A stretch of DNA of 64,000 nt from Batkoa obscura (lineage: Eukaryota), in assembly GCA_030770535.1 (NCBI GenBank), contig JASVEC010000019.1, positions 558,001-622,000 on the forward strand, read 5' to 3'. A program made the position numbers and the translations under genes. The notes beneath the pieces are model-generated. The model did not search any database, was not told the origin of the DNA, and worked only from the letters and a program-made list of their open reading frames with translations. This document shows positions 12,104 to 22,923 of the stretch, in pieces. Each line of letters opens with the position of its first letter. Position 1 is the stretch's first letter.

Positions 12104-13480
12104 ATGTTCAACTTTTTGTTATTTATTTTTTTGTTTTGTAAAGTCAATGCTTATTTACCAAGAGTACAAGGTGGAGGCTGTATTGTGATCGAAGATAAGG
12201 TATATTATTTAGGTGGAAATATATTTATACCAAATTTAAAAGAAGAGGAATCAAACCATAATGTATTTACATTGGATTTAAGAAACGGACTTAAAGTAAT
12301 AGACAATTCAGCAGAATGGGAAAAGAATGAAACAAGTAATTATCCAAGAATGAGCTGGGGTCCATATGTTTATTCTACCACTAAAAATGGAACTAGAGTT
12401 ATTGTGAGCTTTTATCAACATATGGAAAGTAAACTATTATCAATCAAATATTTCGATATTGAGAAAAATGAATGGTACAATGAATATAGTATTAGAGACC
12501 TATATGAGGATTCCATCACAAATGATAGTCAAAATGAAACATCCTTTCAAAATTATTTTATTTTACAAGATGAAAAAAATGAAAATTTGTTTTACATCTC
12601 TGGTTATTCTTACAATAAAAATTCCAAAATAACAACACCTTTCCGATTGAAATCATTCAATATTGAAACTAAGGAGCTAAAATTAATACTTGAATTGTCT
12701 TATAATATGATAATTCATCAATTATTTACTTCAAATAACAAATTTTATTATTTTTTAGATCTAAGGCTAGAAGATCGCAGAAAAAGTGGTCAGCATAAGC
12801 TATATGAGTTAGATTTAATAACAAAGAGTATAAAAGAGTATAGTATTAAAATCAAACATAATGATTATTTCGAAATGATAAAATATAGGCAATCCGTTTA
12901 TTTTATCGGATATGAAAAAGGTGAAGATGCTAACTTTTTGGGTGATGTTTATGAGTTGACATTAGCTCCACTCTCATTCAAAAAAATTAAGCAAATTAGA
13001 ATAAATAATAATGGCTGTTTTGCTGTTTACAATGATTATTTAATAAATTTATTTGGATTATACTATATTAATTATGGAAACGAAAGGTCTGCGGAAAGCT
13101 CCAATAAAATCTTACTAATAAGTATAACTAATTGGGAACAAATGGATCGTTTACCTTCATCAATGAATGATATTAATTATGGTGAAAAAATAACTTATAC
13201 CAATTGCGAGAATATAATAATTGGATGTATTACAATAGGGTTAGGAGGGATCATATTAATATCAGCAATCATAGTATTGTTACTTTATAAATATAAGATA
13301 AAAAAGAGCAGGCCTCCTAATATCATAACGGACCCTATAGTTATTGGACCAATTTATTCATTAGACGATAAATACAATTGTTACGATACAGATTTTTTTA
13401 GGTATTTTCATGAAATCGATAATCATAGTACTACATTGCCTATCAAAACAGAACTTATAGCAAATAAAGTTGTCTATTAA
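12104..13480 (+). CDS. Kelch/beta-propeller-like single-pass membrane protein (paralog)
   Basis: Same architecture as 7407..8807; first ATG at 12104; shared tail 'FHEIDN....LPI.TE'. Confidence 0.8.
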   Translation: MFNFLLFIFLFCKVNAYLPRVQGGGCIVIEDKVYYLGGNIFIPNLKEEESNHNVFTLDLRNGLKVIDNSAEWEKNETSNYPRMSWGPYVYSTTKNGTRVIVSFYQHMESKLLSIKYFDIEKNEWYNEYSIRDLYEDSITNDSQNETSFQNYFILQDEKNENLFYISGYSYNKNSKITTPFRLKSFNIETKELKLILELSYNMIIHQLFTSNNKFYYFLDLRLEDRRKSGQHKLYELDLITKSIKEYSIKIKHNDYFEMIKYRQSVYFIGYEKGEDANFLGDVYELTLAPLSFKKIKQIRINNNGCFAVYNDYLINLFGLYYINYGNERSAESSNKILLISITNWEQMDRLPSSMNDINYGEKITYTNCENIIIGCITIGLGGIILISAIIVLLLYKYKIKKSRPPNIITDPIVIGPIYSLDDKYNCYDTDFFRYFHEIDNHSTTLPIKTELIANKVVY

Positions 13481-14344
13481 TAAAAACAGAAAGCTACCTT
13501 ATTAATATTTAAGGATTATAATGAACTTAAGTGGAGCGCAAGTAAGGATAGTTATCTCCACTAAAATCAAAAAAGCAGAGCATTGCCTTATGCCTTAGCT
13601 AATATGAGAGCTATTCTTTGAGCGGAAAATCTTATTGAAGAACACACTAGCACTTTTACTCTCTAATGCATTTATCATATTTCCTTTCCACCAAAGACGA
13701 ATTTATATTACATCAAATTGGATCCAAATTAAGAACTCACTCTAGAGGAGTAGCTAAAATGCTCAGGGCTAAACTCTAGATAAATAGCAAAAATTCCACA
13801 TTCTATTTATATTATGTTTATGAAATGATCATATTTTTAACACTTTAAATTACAATCTAATATCTACTTAATATACAAGAAGTCTTTCCTAAAACCATTA
13901 TCTATTATTTCTTTGGGGACAATAATACTAGTATAATAGATGTATTAGTTACTGGGTGTGGTGATAAATCATTATTTGATCTTCTTCTTTCTAATTATAT
14001 GAATTCATCTCATCTCCTTTAGCTAAAGCATACAGATCAAAGTCTTTGCGCTATAATGAAGGAATAAAGCTTTGTTTTTATGTTTTTAATTATTCTGTCG
14101 CCTATTTCCAATCTTTACAAATATTAATTTTAAAGTAGTGCTTTAACACACTGGTATATTTTTAAACTATTAATAGTTTGATAATTTAAAAGTCTAAAAA
14201 TAATTAGAAACTGGTACATTTATTATGAAATTTTAAATAGCAACAAAAGTTATTTTGAATATACTAAAAAAAGTAAAATAAACTCAAATAATAAACTCAA
14301 ATACAGAAAGTTGGAATGATCTATTTGTATTTAGTTTATTTATT

Positions 14345-14450
14345 ATATGAGGATGTTTTTTTTGGTTTCATTACTTTTCCATTTTTTAAGCTCTATTTGA
14401 GTAGAAAGATTGTTAGCAAAATCCTTAGACAAAAAAATACATCCCCATAT
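14345..14450 (+). mobile_element. MITE family copy
   Basis: Consensus match; ATAT flanks. Confidence 0.9.
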
Positions 14451-14743
14451 GTAAGGCCATTTTCTAATATTACTATAAAATATATTTATGCAATTTAACC
14501 GATTAACTATTACCAATTCAATTTAAACATAAATTGAGCTCTTTAATTTGCATCTAAACTCAATCATGTCAATTTTATCTAAATTTGTCTAATATTATAA
14601 ATTTAAATGCTTGATTCACTTTTATACTGATCAACATTGAGTAGTAGACGACTACACAAAAATTGATAGTTTATATACTAATTGCTACATAAAAATTCAA
14701 GCAATTAACTTCATTCGAGAGTTTGTAAGCATTGCCTAAAAAT

Positions 14744-14816
14744 GGTCCCGTGGCCCAATGGATAAGGCGTCTGTCTACGGAACAGAAGATTCCAGGTTCG
14801 ATCCCTGGCGGGATCA
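14744..14816 (+). tRNA. tRNA-Arg(ACG)
   Basis: 73 nt; acceptor GGTCCCG/CGGGATC, anticodon stem TCTGT/ACAGA with loop CTACGGA, T-loop GTTCGAT; T-run downstream. Confidence 0.95.
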
Positions 14817-15063
14817 TTCAAAATTTTTTGCATCTTAACATTTTTTAGGCTGTAAATATTAAAGTTTTCAGTTACAGTGGTAATTTTTCTCATTAGTAGT
14901 TTTTTTTCGGCAAAAAATACTGTATAAATACGTTAATTAGTTATGAGGAATATTAATTACTTTAACCACATATTTAAAGCTATAATTGATATCTATAAAT
15001 TAAAATAAATACGAGCTTGGTTTTGAAGTCACTTCGATTATAAATTTTAGTTCGCTAAATTAA

Positions 15064-15167
15064 ATATGAGGATGTATCTTTTTGTTTAAGGATTTTATTA
15101 ACATTCTTTCTGTTCAGATAGTGGTTAAAAATGGAAAGTGATGAAGCCAAAAAAATCCTCCCTATAT
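15064..15167 (-). mobile_element. MITE family copy
   Basis: Diverged consensus match; ATAT flanks. Confidence 0.8.
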
Positions 15168-15256
15168 ACTTTCTAAAGATAAGCTATAGTTCAGAAGATT
15201 TCAATATATTAGAATGAACGCAAATAGCTTAAAGCGTCATTTTATGATAAATGGAA

Positions 15257-15322
15257 ACAAAATTTCCACTCAAATAGCGCTTAAAAAATCGAAAAAGTAA
15301 TGAAGCCAAAAAAACATCTCAT
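15257..15322 (-). mobile_element. Truncated MITE copy
   Basis: Only about two thirds of the consensus is present. Confidence 0.7.
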
Positions 15323-15706
15323 CTTTTAATTCCATTTCATATGAACTTTACTCCAGTTTAAAGCTAGCATTTATCCATCATAAACATCTCTAAATTTTAG
15401 TTACTAACTAAGGGAAAAAGATAAATAAATAAATCAAATCCAAAATGTTAAATCTTTTTAAAAAACTAGGTTATATCATTTATCATTGCTACTGTTTTAA
15501 AATTTTACTTTATATGCCCTCGGTAACAAAAATTTTAAATAATCTAGTTTATTCGCCCGAAACAAGTTAAATTTTGGTGTGAATTTGAATAATAAAGAAC
15601 ACCTGATAAACAATCGGTTAAATTTGATTAACCCGAAAGGATATATAAAAAATCATCAAAATCAGCTTTTTATTTTATACTTTTTACAATTTAATAAAAC
15701 CAAAAA

Positions 15707-17329
15707 ATGATTCTTTCATTAATAAAATGTATACTCTTTTATTTCTATATCAACTTAAGTTTATGTGATAAAATCGTATTACATAGTGGTGCTGGTGGCA
15801 AAAGTCATATTAAAGCTGTGTTAGAAATCGGAAAAGAATTAAATTTACGAGGTCATGAAATATATTATGTAGCACCAAAGGAAAATGCTAACTTTGTAAT
15901 TGGATATAATTTTACTTATTTAGCAAGTGGAAGCATCGATAATGAAAAATGGAGTTTAGATGCTGTAACAAAAAGAATCAATGGGTTTAATGAACCAATC
16001 GATAGATTTGGAGTTGCAAGTTCAATTATTGGTACCTTGATGCCAGCCCTTTATGAAGATTCATTTGTTTCTTTTAAAGAAATATTAGAAGAGTTAAATC
16101 CAGATTTATTGTTTTGTGATTTCTTTTCGCCTGTTTGTAGAGATATAGGTAAATTATTGAATATACCAATAATCAATACTTTCCAACATGCAGATATGTA
16201 TGGATTACAGAGCAATGGAGTAATAAGTAATTCATTTGGTTTGAACGATATGTATTTAAATCAATGTAGTTTCATTGTAAGATTATATGAAATGATTTAT
16301 TTAAAACTAAAAGAAATATATTACTTTTTACCGTTTATTAATAAAATGCAACAATTAAGAGCTAAATTTAATATTCCACAAAGCATCAACCCATTAGGAG
16401 ACTGGGATAAAGATTTAGCTTTAGCTAACACTTTCTTTCCCTACGAACCAATTTTACCTATTCAACCTAATTTTCATATGATTGGTCCTATTTTTAATAA
16501 TAATTATATTCAATTATCAAATGAATTAGATATATTTCTAAATCAACATAATAATATAGTTTATGTTGCTTTTGGCTCTAATGTCTTATTAGGTAATAAG
16601 ATAATGACTAAATTTATGACAGTATTAATAGAAGGACTAAACAAAGGACTATACAATGGTATTATATTTGGATTAGGATTAAGTAAATTAAATTTTGAAT
16701 TAAATGTTAACAATTTTAATTATACAACACAACAATTAATTGAAAATCAACATCCAAATATAAGATTATTAAATTGGGCACCACAACAAGCTATATTAAA
16801 CCATAAACATACAAAATTATTCTTATCTCATTGTGGACTAGAATCTACATTTGAATCTATAAGTGCAAAGAAACCATTGTTATGTCATCCCTTTTTAGCA
16901 GATCAACCACGTAGTTCTCAAAAAGTTATTCAAATGAATGTAGGATTAAGTATTGATATTCATCAAAACACCATAAAACAAATTCATTATAAAATAAATC
17001 AATTATTAAATAACAATAAATTTGAAATGAATTTAAATCGAGTAAACAATATTATTAAGAATAGAAGAAATATGAAAAGTCAAACAGCAGATTTGGTAGA
17101 AGCTCATTTAGAGCTAACCAAATTATGTAGTAAAGATTCTACTTGTTATAATGCACATTTGTCTAAATCAGAAAGTAATTTCTGGAAAGATTATTATTTA
17201 GATATTATTGGGTTTTTATTGACTTCAATTATTATTATTTCTATTTTTTTCATTTATACATTTTATAAATTATTTTTAAGATTTCAATCTAAAAAGTTAG
17301 TTTATACTGTTAAAAAGAAGAAAGAATAA
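15707..17329 (+). CDS. UDP-glycosyltransferase (GT1), ER membrane-anchored type
   Basis: Signal peptide, 'GKSH' catalytic His motif, UGT signature 'WAPQQAILNH...FLSHCGLESTFESI....P....PFLADQ', C-terminal TM and KKKE. Confidence 0.92.
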   Translation: MILSLIKCILFYFYINLSLCDKIVLHSGAGGKSHIKAVLEIGKELNLRGHEIYYVAPKENANFVIGYNFTYLASGSIDNEKWSLDAVTKRINGFNEPIDRFGVASSIIGTLMPALYEDSFVSFKEILEELNPDLLFCDFFSPVCRDIGKLLNIPIINTFQHADMYGLQSNGVISNSFGLNDMYLNQCSFIVRLYEMIYLKLKEIYYFLPFINKMQQLRAKFNIPQSINPLGDWDKDLALANTFFPYEPILPIQPNFHMIGPIFNNNYIQLSNELDIFLNQHNNIVYVAFGSNVLLGNKIMTKFMTVLIEGLNKGLYNGIIFGLGLSKLNFELNVNNFNYTTQQLIENQHPNIRLLNWAPQQAILNHKHTKLFLSHCGLESTFESISAKKPLLCHPFLADQPRSSQKVIQMNVGLSIDIHQNTIKQIHYKINQLLNNNKFEMNLNRVNNIIKNRRNMKSQTADLVEAHLELTKLCSKDSTCYNAHLSKSESNFWKDYYLDIIGFLLTSIIIISIFFIYTFYKLFLRFQSKKLVYTVKKKKE

Positions 17330-19791
17330 AGCTGTACTTCATTCAACAATATATTAGTAAAATTTATATGAATTTATTACTTTTTTTTTATTTTTTTATT
17401 TTTTCAAGTTAAACTTTATTCGAGTTATTGTTTTTATCTTCCTTATTCTAATAAGTGGTATAGATAAAATTATGGCTTCTTATCGAATAAAATTCTCAAT
17501 TCTTTTAAATTGACTTATTCAAATAGCACTCCTATTAAAATTGTAAACTTTAAGCGATTTTATTGTAGTGTTTATAGGTATATAAACATCCTTCGAACTT
17601 TTATTTAAATGACTTTAACAGTTTCCTCCAACACCCAATTTTCAAACCCTCTTACGCTCTCCAAGTACTACTTTTGCTCAAACATTAAATGAACATCAAA
17701 AATTAGTTTATCTACTATCCTATTATTCAAGATTTTTGATACTCTTATATCTTTGTATTGAACATTAGGCTTCACCCATTTAAATTTCAAACGTGTTTTA
17801 ACATCATTTTAGATATTTATTGAAATTAAACCTTTTATAAGTACTTTGCTACATCGAGTAGTCTAGTTCATCTACGCAGCTTTTAAATAAATGGGGATGT
17901 TTTTGTATTTAAGAATTTTACTAGCAATTTTTCCACCCAAATAGCGCTTAAAAGGCGAAAAAAGTAATGAAGCCAAAAAAACATCCCCAAATTTAATATA
18001 AATCTATCACAGTTTCTCACCTTGTATCAATAGTATTTCTAGAATAGAAAAATCTTTTTGCAATGGAGCTACAATAATTATATAAAACAAGCCTCATGTG
18101 TAAATAAATAATCTGAAAAAGTATTTTCAATATTATTTAAAATCTTTTAATAGTCTATCATTTAGAGTTGAATAATATATAATATAACTATCAGTATATT
18201 TTGATTAGAAGTTAGTTTATGCTTTGGTACACTTCGTTTAAATTAAAACATCAAGCCATTTCAAAGGGGTCGTTCTTAAAAAACCATTATTTGACTATAT
18301 CAGAGGAATTGATATTTAAAAAACTACTTGAAGTAGTTTGAATGTTTTATTCGATTGACAAGAAGCCATAATTTTATCTATACCACTTATTAGAATAAGG
18401 AAGATAAAAACAATAACTCGAATAAAGTTTAACTTGAAAAAATAAAAAAATAAAAAAAAAGTAATAAATTCATATAAATTTTACTAATATATTGTTGAAT
18501 GAAGTACAGCTTTATTCTTTCTTCTTTTTAACAGTATAAACTAACTTTTTAGATTGAAATCTTAAAAATAATTTATAAAATGTATAAATGAAAAAAATAG
18601 AAATAATAATAATTGAAGTCAATAAAAACCCAATAATATCTAAATAATAATCTTTCCAGAAATTACTTTCTGATTTAGACAAATGTGCATTATAACAAGT
18701 AGAATCTTTACTACATAATTTGGTTAGCTCTAAATGAGCTTCTACCAAATCTGCTGTTTGACTTTTCATATTTCTTCTATTCTTAATAATATTGTTTACT
18801 CGATTTAAATTCATTTCAAATTTATTGTTATTTAATAATTGATTTATTTTATAATGAATTTGTTTTATGGTGTTTTGATGAATATCAATACTTAATCCTA
18901 CATTCATTTGAATAACTTTTTGAGAACTACGTGGTTGATCTGCTAAAAAGGGATGACATAACAATGGTTTCTTTGCACTTATAGATTCAAATGTAGATTC
19001 TAGTCCACAATGAGATAAGAATAATTTTGTATGTTTATGGTTTAATATAGCTTGTTGTGGTGCCCAATTTAATAATCTTATATTTGGATGTTGATTTTCA
19101 ATTAATTGTTGTGTTGTATAATTAAAATTGTTAACATTTAATTCAAAATTTAATTTACTTAATCCTAATCCAAATATAATACCATTGTATAGTCCTTTGT
19201 TTAGTCCTTCTATTAATACTGTCATAAATTTAGTCATTATCTTATTACCTAATAAGACATTAGAGCCAAAAGCAACATAAACTATATTATTATGTTGATT
19301 TAGAAATATATCTAATTCATTTGATAATTGAATATAATTATTATTAAAAATAGGACCAATCATATGAAAATTAGGTTGAATAGGTAAAATTGGTTCGTAG
19401 GGAAAGAAAGTGTTAGCTAAAGCTAAATCTTTATCCCAGTCTCCTAATGGGTTGATGCTTTGTGGAATATTAAATTTAGCTCTTAATTGTTGCATTTTAT
19501 TAATAAACGGTAAAAAGTAATATATTTCTTTTAGTTTTAAATAAATCATTTCATATAATCTTACAATGAAACTACATTGATTTAAATACATATCGTTCAA
19601 ACCAAATGAATTACTTATTACTCCATTGCTCTGTAATCCATACATATCTGCATGTTGGAAAGTATTGATTATTGGTATATTCAATAATTTACCTATATCT
19701 CTACAAACAGGCGAAAAGAAATCACAAAACAATAAATCTGGATTTAACTCTTCTAATATTTCTTTAAAAGAAACAAATGAATCTTCATAAA
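16050..19791. repeat. Inverted repeat, arms 16050-17481 and 18360-19791 (~1.43 kb), spacer ~880 bp
   Basis: Paired coordinates sum to 35841 throughout; no mismatch noticed; includes ~150 bp of 3' non-coding DNA. Confidence 0.9.
17889..17992 (-). mobile_element. MITE family copy in UGT spacer
   Basis: Direct flanks AAAT/AAAT. Confidence 0.9.
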
Positions 19792-20134
19792 CTCCTGCTA
19801 TCATGTTACTAATGATATAAGTTACCAGTTTAAATCTGTCAATTGGTTGATCAAATCCATTCAATTGATCTAAAATAGTATCCACATTCCATTTATCATT
19901 GACAATGCTTCCACTTGCTAAAAAGGTAAAGTTATACCCCGCTATATATTCAACATTTTCCTTTGGTGCTACATAATATATTTCATGACCACGCAACTTT
20001 AATTCTTTTCCGATTTCTAACACAGCTTTAATATGACTTTTGCCACCAGCACCACTATGTAATACGATTTTATCACCGAAGCTAAGATTGATACACAAGT
20101 AAAATGTTAACAATTTGATCAACAAAAATACCAT
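18512..20134 (-). CDS. UDP-glycosyltransferase (GT1), inverted paralog
   Basis: ATG at 20134 gives 540 aa, the same length as the + copy; identical from 'YEDSFV' onward. Confidence 0.92.
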   Translation of the reverse strand: MVFLLIKLLTFYLCINLSFGDKIVLHSGAGGKSHIKAVLEIGKELKLRGHEIYYVAPKENVEYIAGYNFTFLASGSIVNDKWNVDTILDQLNGFDQPIDRFKLVTYIISNMIAGVYEDSFVSFKEILEELNPDLLFCDFFSPVCRDIGKLLNIPIINTFQHADMYGLQSNGVISNSFGLNDMYLNQCSFIVRLYEMIYLKLKEIYYFLPFINKMQQLRAKFNIPQSINPLGDWDKDLALANTFFPYEPILPIQPNFHMIGPIFNNNYIQLSNELDIFLNQHNNIVYVAFGSNVLLGNKIMTKFMTVLIEGLNKGLYNGIIFGLGLSKLNFELNVNNFNYTTQQLIENQHPNIRLLNWAPQQAILNHKHTKLFLSHCGLESTFESISAKKPLLCHPFLADQPRSSQKVIQMNVGLSIDIHQNTIKQIHYKINQLLNNNKFEMNLNRVNNIIKNRRNMKSQTADLVEAHLELTKLCSKDSTCYNAHLSKSESNFWKDYYLDIIGFLLTSIIIISIFFIYTFYKLFLRFQSKKLVYTVKKKKE

Positions 20135-20815
20135 TATTATGTTTAATAAAAAACAAAAAATAAAAGACAAAAAATAAAATCTTTTGTTATTACTTTATAT
20201 ATTACTTTGGACTAATTTATAAATTTAAACCAGTTTTAAACATATTATTTTTTTATTAAATTCTTGACAGTATTTATTCTTAATTAGGTAATCAAAGCTA
20301 ATTATTGAGATCTAATTACTATGATAAGATAGAAAAGGTAAACTTTATCAGAATAGTAATACTATATGATATAATACTACTTAAACATCTAAAGCCTTAG
20401 ATTCAATTAATATAATTGTTTCTTTAATACAGTTTATAATACTTAATAAAAATTCGAACATTTATTTTTTCTAATATTAATGTAAAGGCCTTATAGAGTG
20501 AATCAGAAACTGTATTAATCTTTTATATTTTTTAATCTTTTTTAAAACACTACTGTAATCTGTTTATATGACTTTTAAATATTCAGTTAAAAAACAAATA
20601 ATTCAAAATATCTTTCATTTAATATTTTTTATTATTACTCCAATTTTTATAAAAGATGTTTTATCCTTCATAATCAATTTTAACTCCAGCTTTTCTGTGA
20701 TAAAAAACCCAATATTGAAAAATCTTTCTTTTATTACATAGCTTAAATTCTTTAAATTAAAGCACATTTGTTCTGATTTACTTAAATATCTTTTGATTTT
20801 TTTTAATATTAAATC

Positions 20816-20918
20816 ATATGGGAATGTATTTTTTTAAAGATTCTACTACCAAGTTTTTCCGCCTAAATAGCGCTTAAGAAATGGAAAAAGTAATGAAACC
20901 AAAAAAACATCCTCATAT
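20816..20918 (-). mobile_element. MITE family copy
   Basis: Consensus match; ATAT flanks. Confidence 0.85.
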
Positions 20919-21419
20919 ATTTTCTTTCTCAAAGGACCTTTTTCATCCCCGTTTATACAGCCTTAGTTATAAGCATACTTTTATCGCTATATCACTGTCA
21001 ATAAAATTATAAAACTTGAAATTTAAAATTTAATACAATAGGTGATTTTTTTAAAGTTCAATTGTAACAACTTTGATCCATAAATATACCATTGATACGT
21101 TTATTCAAGTGCTTAAAATTTAACTGAAATAGTATAATAGAAGTTAAGTTAAACTCTATATAATCACGAAAATAGAAAACAAACAAACAATTATACAAGC
21201 TAAACATTAGTGATTTAGATTTAAGCTTGGCTTAAGATGTTCGGTACTCAAAGGGGTAACTTTAAAAAAAAATTCCATTTGATTGGATCGCAATTTTTGA
21301 TTCATTTTTTAATTATTGAAGAGCGATTTTTGTCTAGTAATGTTTGTCATAATTTTGCTCTCCAAAAATTTGATGAACATAGCCCTGCATATGATACTCA
21401 AATGGTTAAAATTTTTGAA

Positions 21420-21492
21420 TGATCCCGCCAGGGATCGAACCTGGAATCTTCTGTTCCGTAGACAGACGCCTTATCCATTGGGCCACGGGACC
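21420..21492 (-). tRNA. tRNA-Arg(ACG), inverted identical copy
   Basis: Exact reverse complement of 14744..14816. Confidence 0.95.
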
Positions 21493-21613
21493 ATTTTTAG
21501 GCAATGCTTACAAACTCTCGAATGAAGTCAATTGCTTGAGTTTTTATGTAGCAATTAGTATATAACCTATTTTTTATATTTACCTCTGCTGTTTTATTAA
21601 ATCAATTGAAAGC

Positions 21614-21717
21614 ATTTGGGGATGGATTTTTTGTTTAAGAATTCTACTACACTCTTTCCACTCAAATAGTGCTTAAAAAATGGAAAAATAATGAAACGAA
21701 AAAAAACAGCCCCATTT
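21614..21717 (-). mobile_element. MITE family copy
   Basis: Direct flanks ATTT/ATTT. Confidence 0.85.
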
Positions 21718-22020
21718 TCTAAATTTTGAACTAAAAAGCAGAATCTGTTTAAATATAAAATAGTATCATCATCTTTTACAAGTGACTATTCTATTGATGA
21801 AGTAAATTTTAATACCCATATGAAGTGCAAACAGGAGCTTAACTATGCTTATCTATTTTATCAGGATTAATTTAAATAAAGTCAAAACTAAAATGGGTAA
21901 TATTTTCGGATTTATTAGTAAAGTGATGAAATGGATAATGAAATAAAGCGAGTAATTTAACCAAGTAGTTAAATTGATATTAATCAAGCAAACAAATATC
22001 AAGTATGATGCTATAACTGA

Positions 22021-22923
22021 CTACCAGCACTTCATATGCCTGTAAAAGAAAGTCACTTCTTTTCTTATACCAGTATGTATGGTTAAAAGTAACGTTGAGT
22101 TGGTCAATATTCCAATGATAAATAAGATTTGGGCTACTTGGTTTGTAATAAGTATTGTTTGATTTATTTTACCCCATGTATAATGGAGTGAGCTTTCTAA
22201 TAAATGAAAAAAAATTGATCCAAACATACAGATAGTATATAATATTAATATAATATATATCTTAATTGAAGCCGAATTATATTTTGGATTTACACTATCT
22301 ACTCGCTTATGTCGGTTTGAAATTGCTTCGATTTCAATAAAGTTTTTCAAATTGGTTATGCTTTTGGCTAATTTATAATAGCAAAATGATATTATTACAA
22401 TTCCTAAGAAAAAGCCAAATAAAAGATAATGATAAGTAATTGAGCCAAGTATTGAAGTAGTTACAGCTAATACACAAGTTAATTCGGAAGTAGCTGGTAT
22501 CATTAAATTTTGAGATGTACAATAGGATAAAAGGAACAAGAAAACTAAGGTGTTTGAATATAATACAAAATATACAAAACCAGGTAGTCTAACTTCAAGT
22601 ACTTTGCATAATCTTTCAGCAGCTAAAAAAACATTTAATAAAATTTCAAAATAATAGATAACTGTTGTTAAAAATCCAAGGACTTGGCATCCTAAACTTA
22701 TGTGAATTAATCTTTCTCCATGGATGCAATAGTATATATAATCAATCAATACCACTATTGGTACAAAATACTCTGCTGCTGCTATAGCAATTATTAATTT
22801 TAAATCTCTGGTTAATGTCTTTATACGTAGGCAAAAATAGATCAAAAATGTATTTAATAGTATAGCTGCAAAGATTAGTCCTACAGCTGTATAATGAAAT
22901 GAATTATAGGAATCAATTTCCAT
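22021..22923 (-). CDS. Rhodopsin-like (class A-like) 7TM receptor
   Basis: 300 aa with about 7 hydrophobic segments, TM1 Asn, Cys at top of TM3 (GCQ), 'AERL' at the DRY position and an ECL2 Cys. Confidence 0.75.
   Translation of the reverse strand: MEIDSYNSFHYTAVGLIFAAILLNTFLIYFCLRIKTLTRDLKLIIAIAAAEYFVPIVVLIDYIYYCIHGERLIHISLGCQVLGFLTTVIYYFEILLNVFLAAERLCKVLEVRLPGFVYFVLYSNTLVFLFLLSYCTSQNLMIPATSELTCVLAVTTSILGSITYHYLLFGFFLGIVIISFCYYKLAKSITNLKNFIEIEAISNRHKRVDSVNPKYNSASIKIYIILILYTICMFGSIFFHLLESSLHYTWGKINQTILITNQVAQILFIIGILTNSTLLLTIHTGIRKEVTFFYRHMKCW

Noticed and set aside
14711..14893. Short ORFs containing 'DPARDRTWNLLFRRQTPYPLGHGT' (also 21316..21525)
   Set aside because: Antisense translations of the tRNA-Arg genes.
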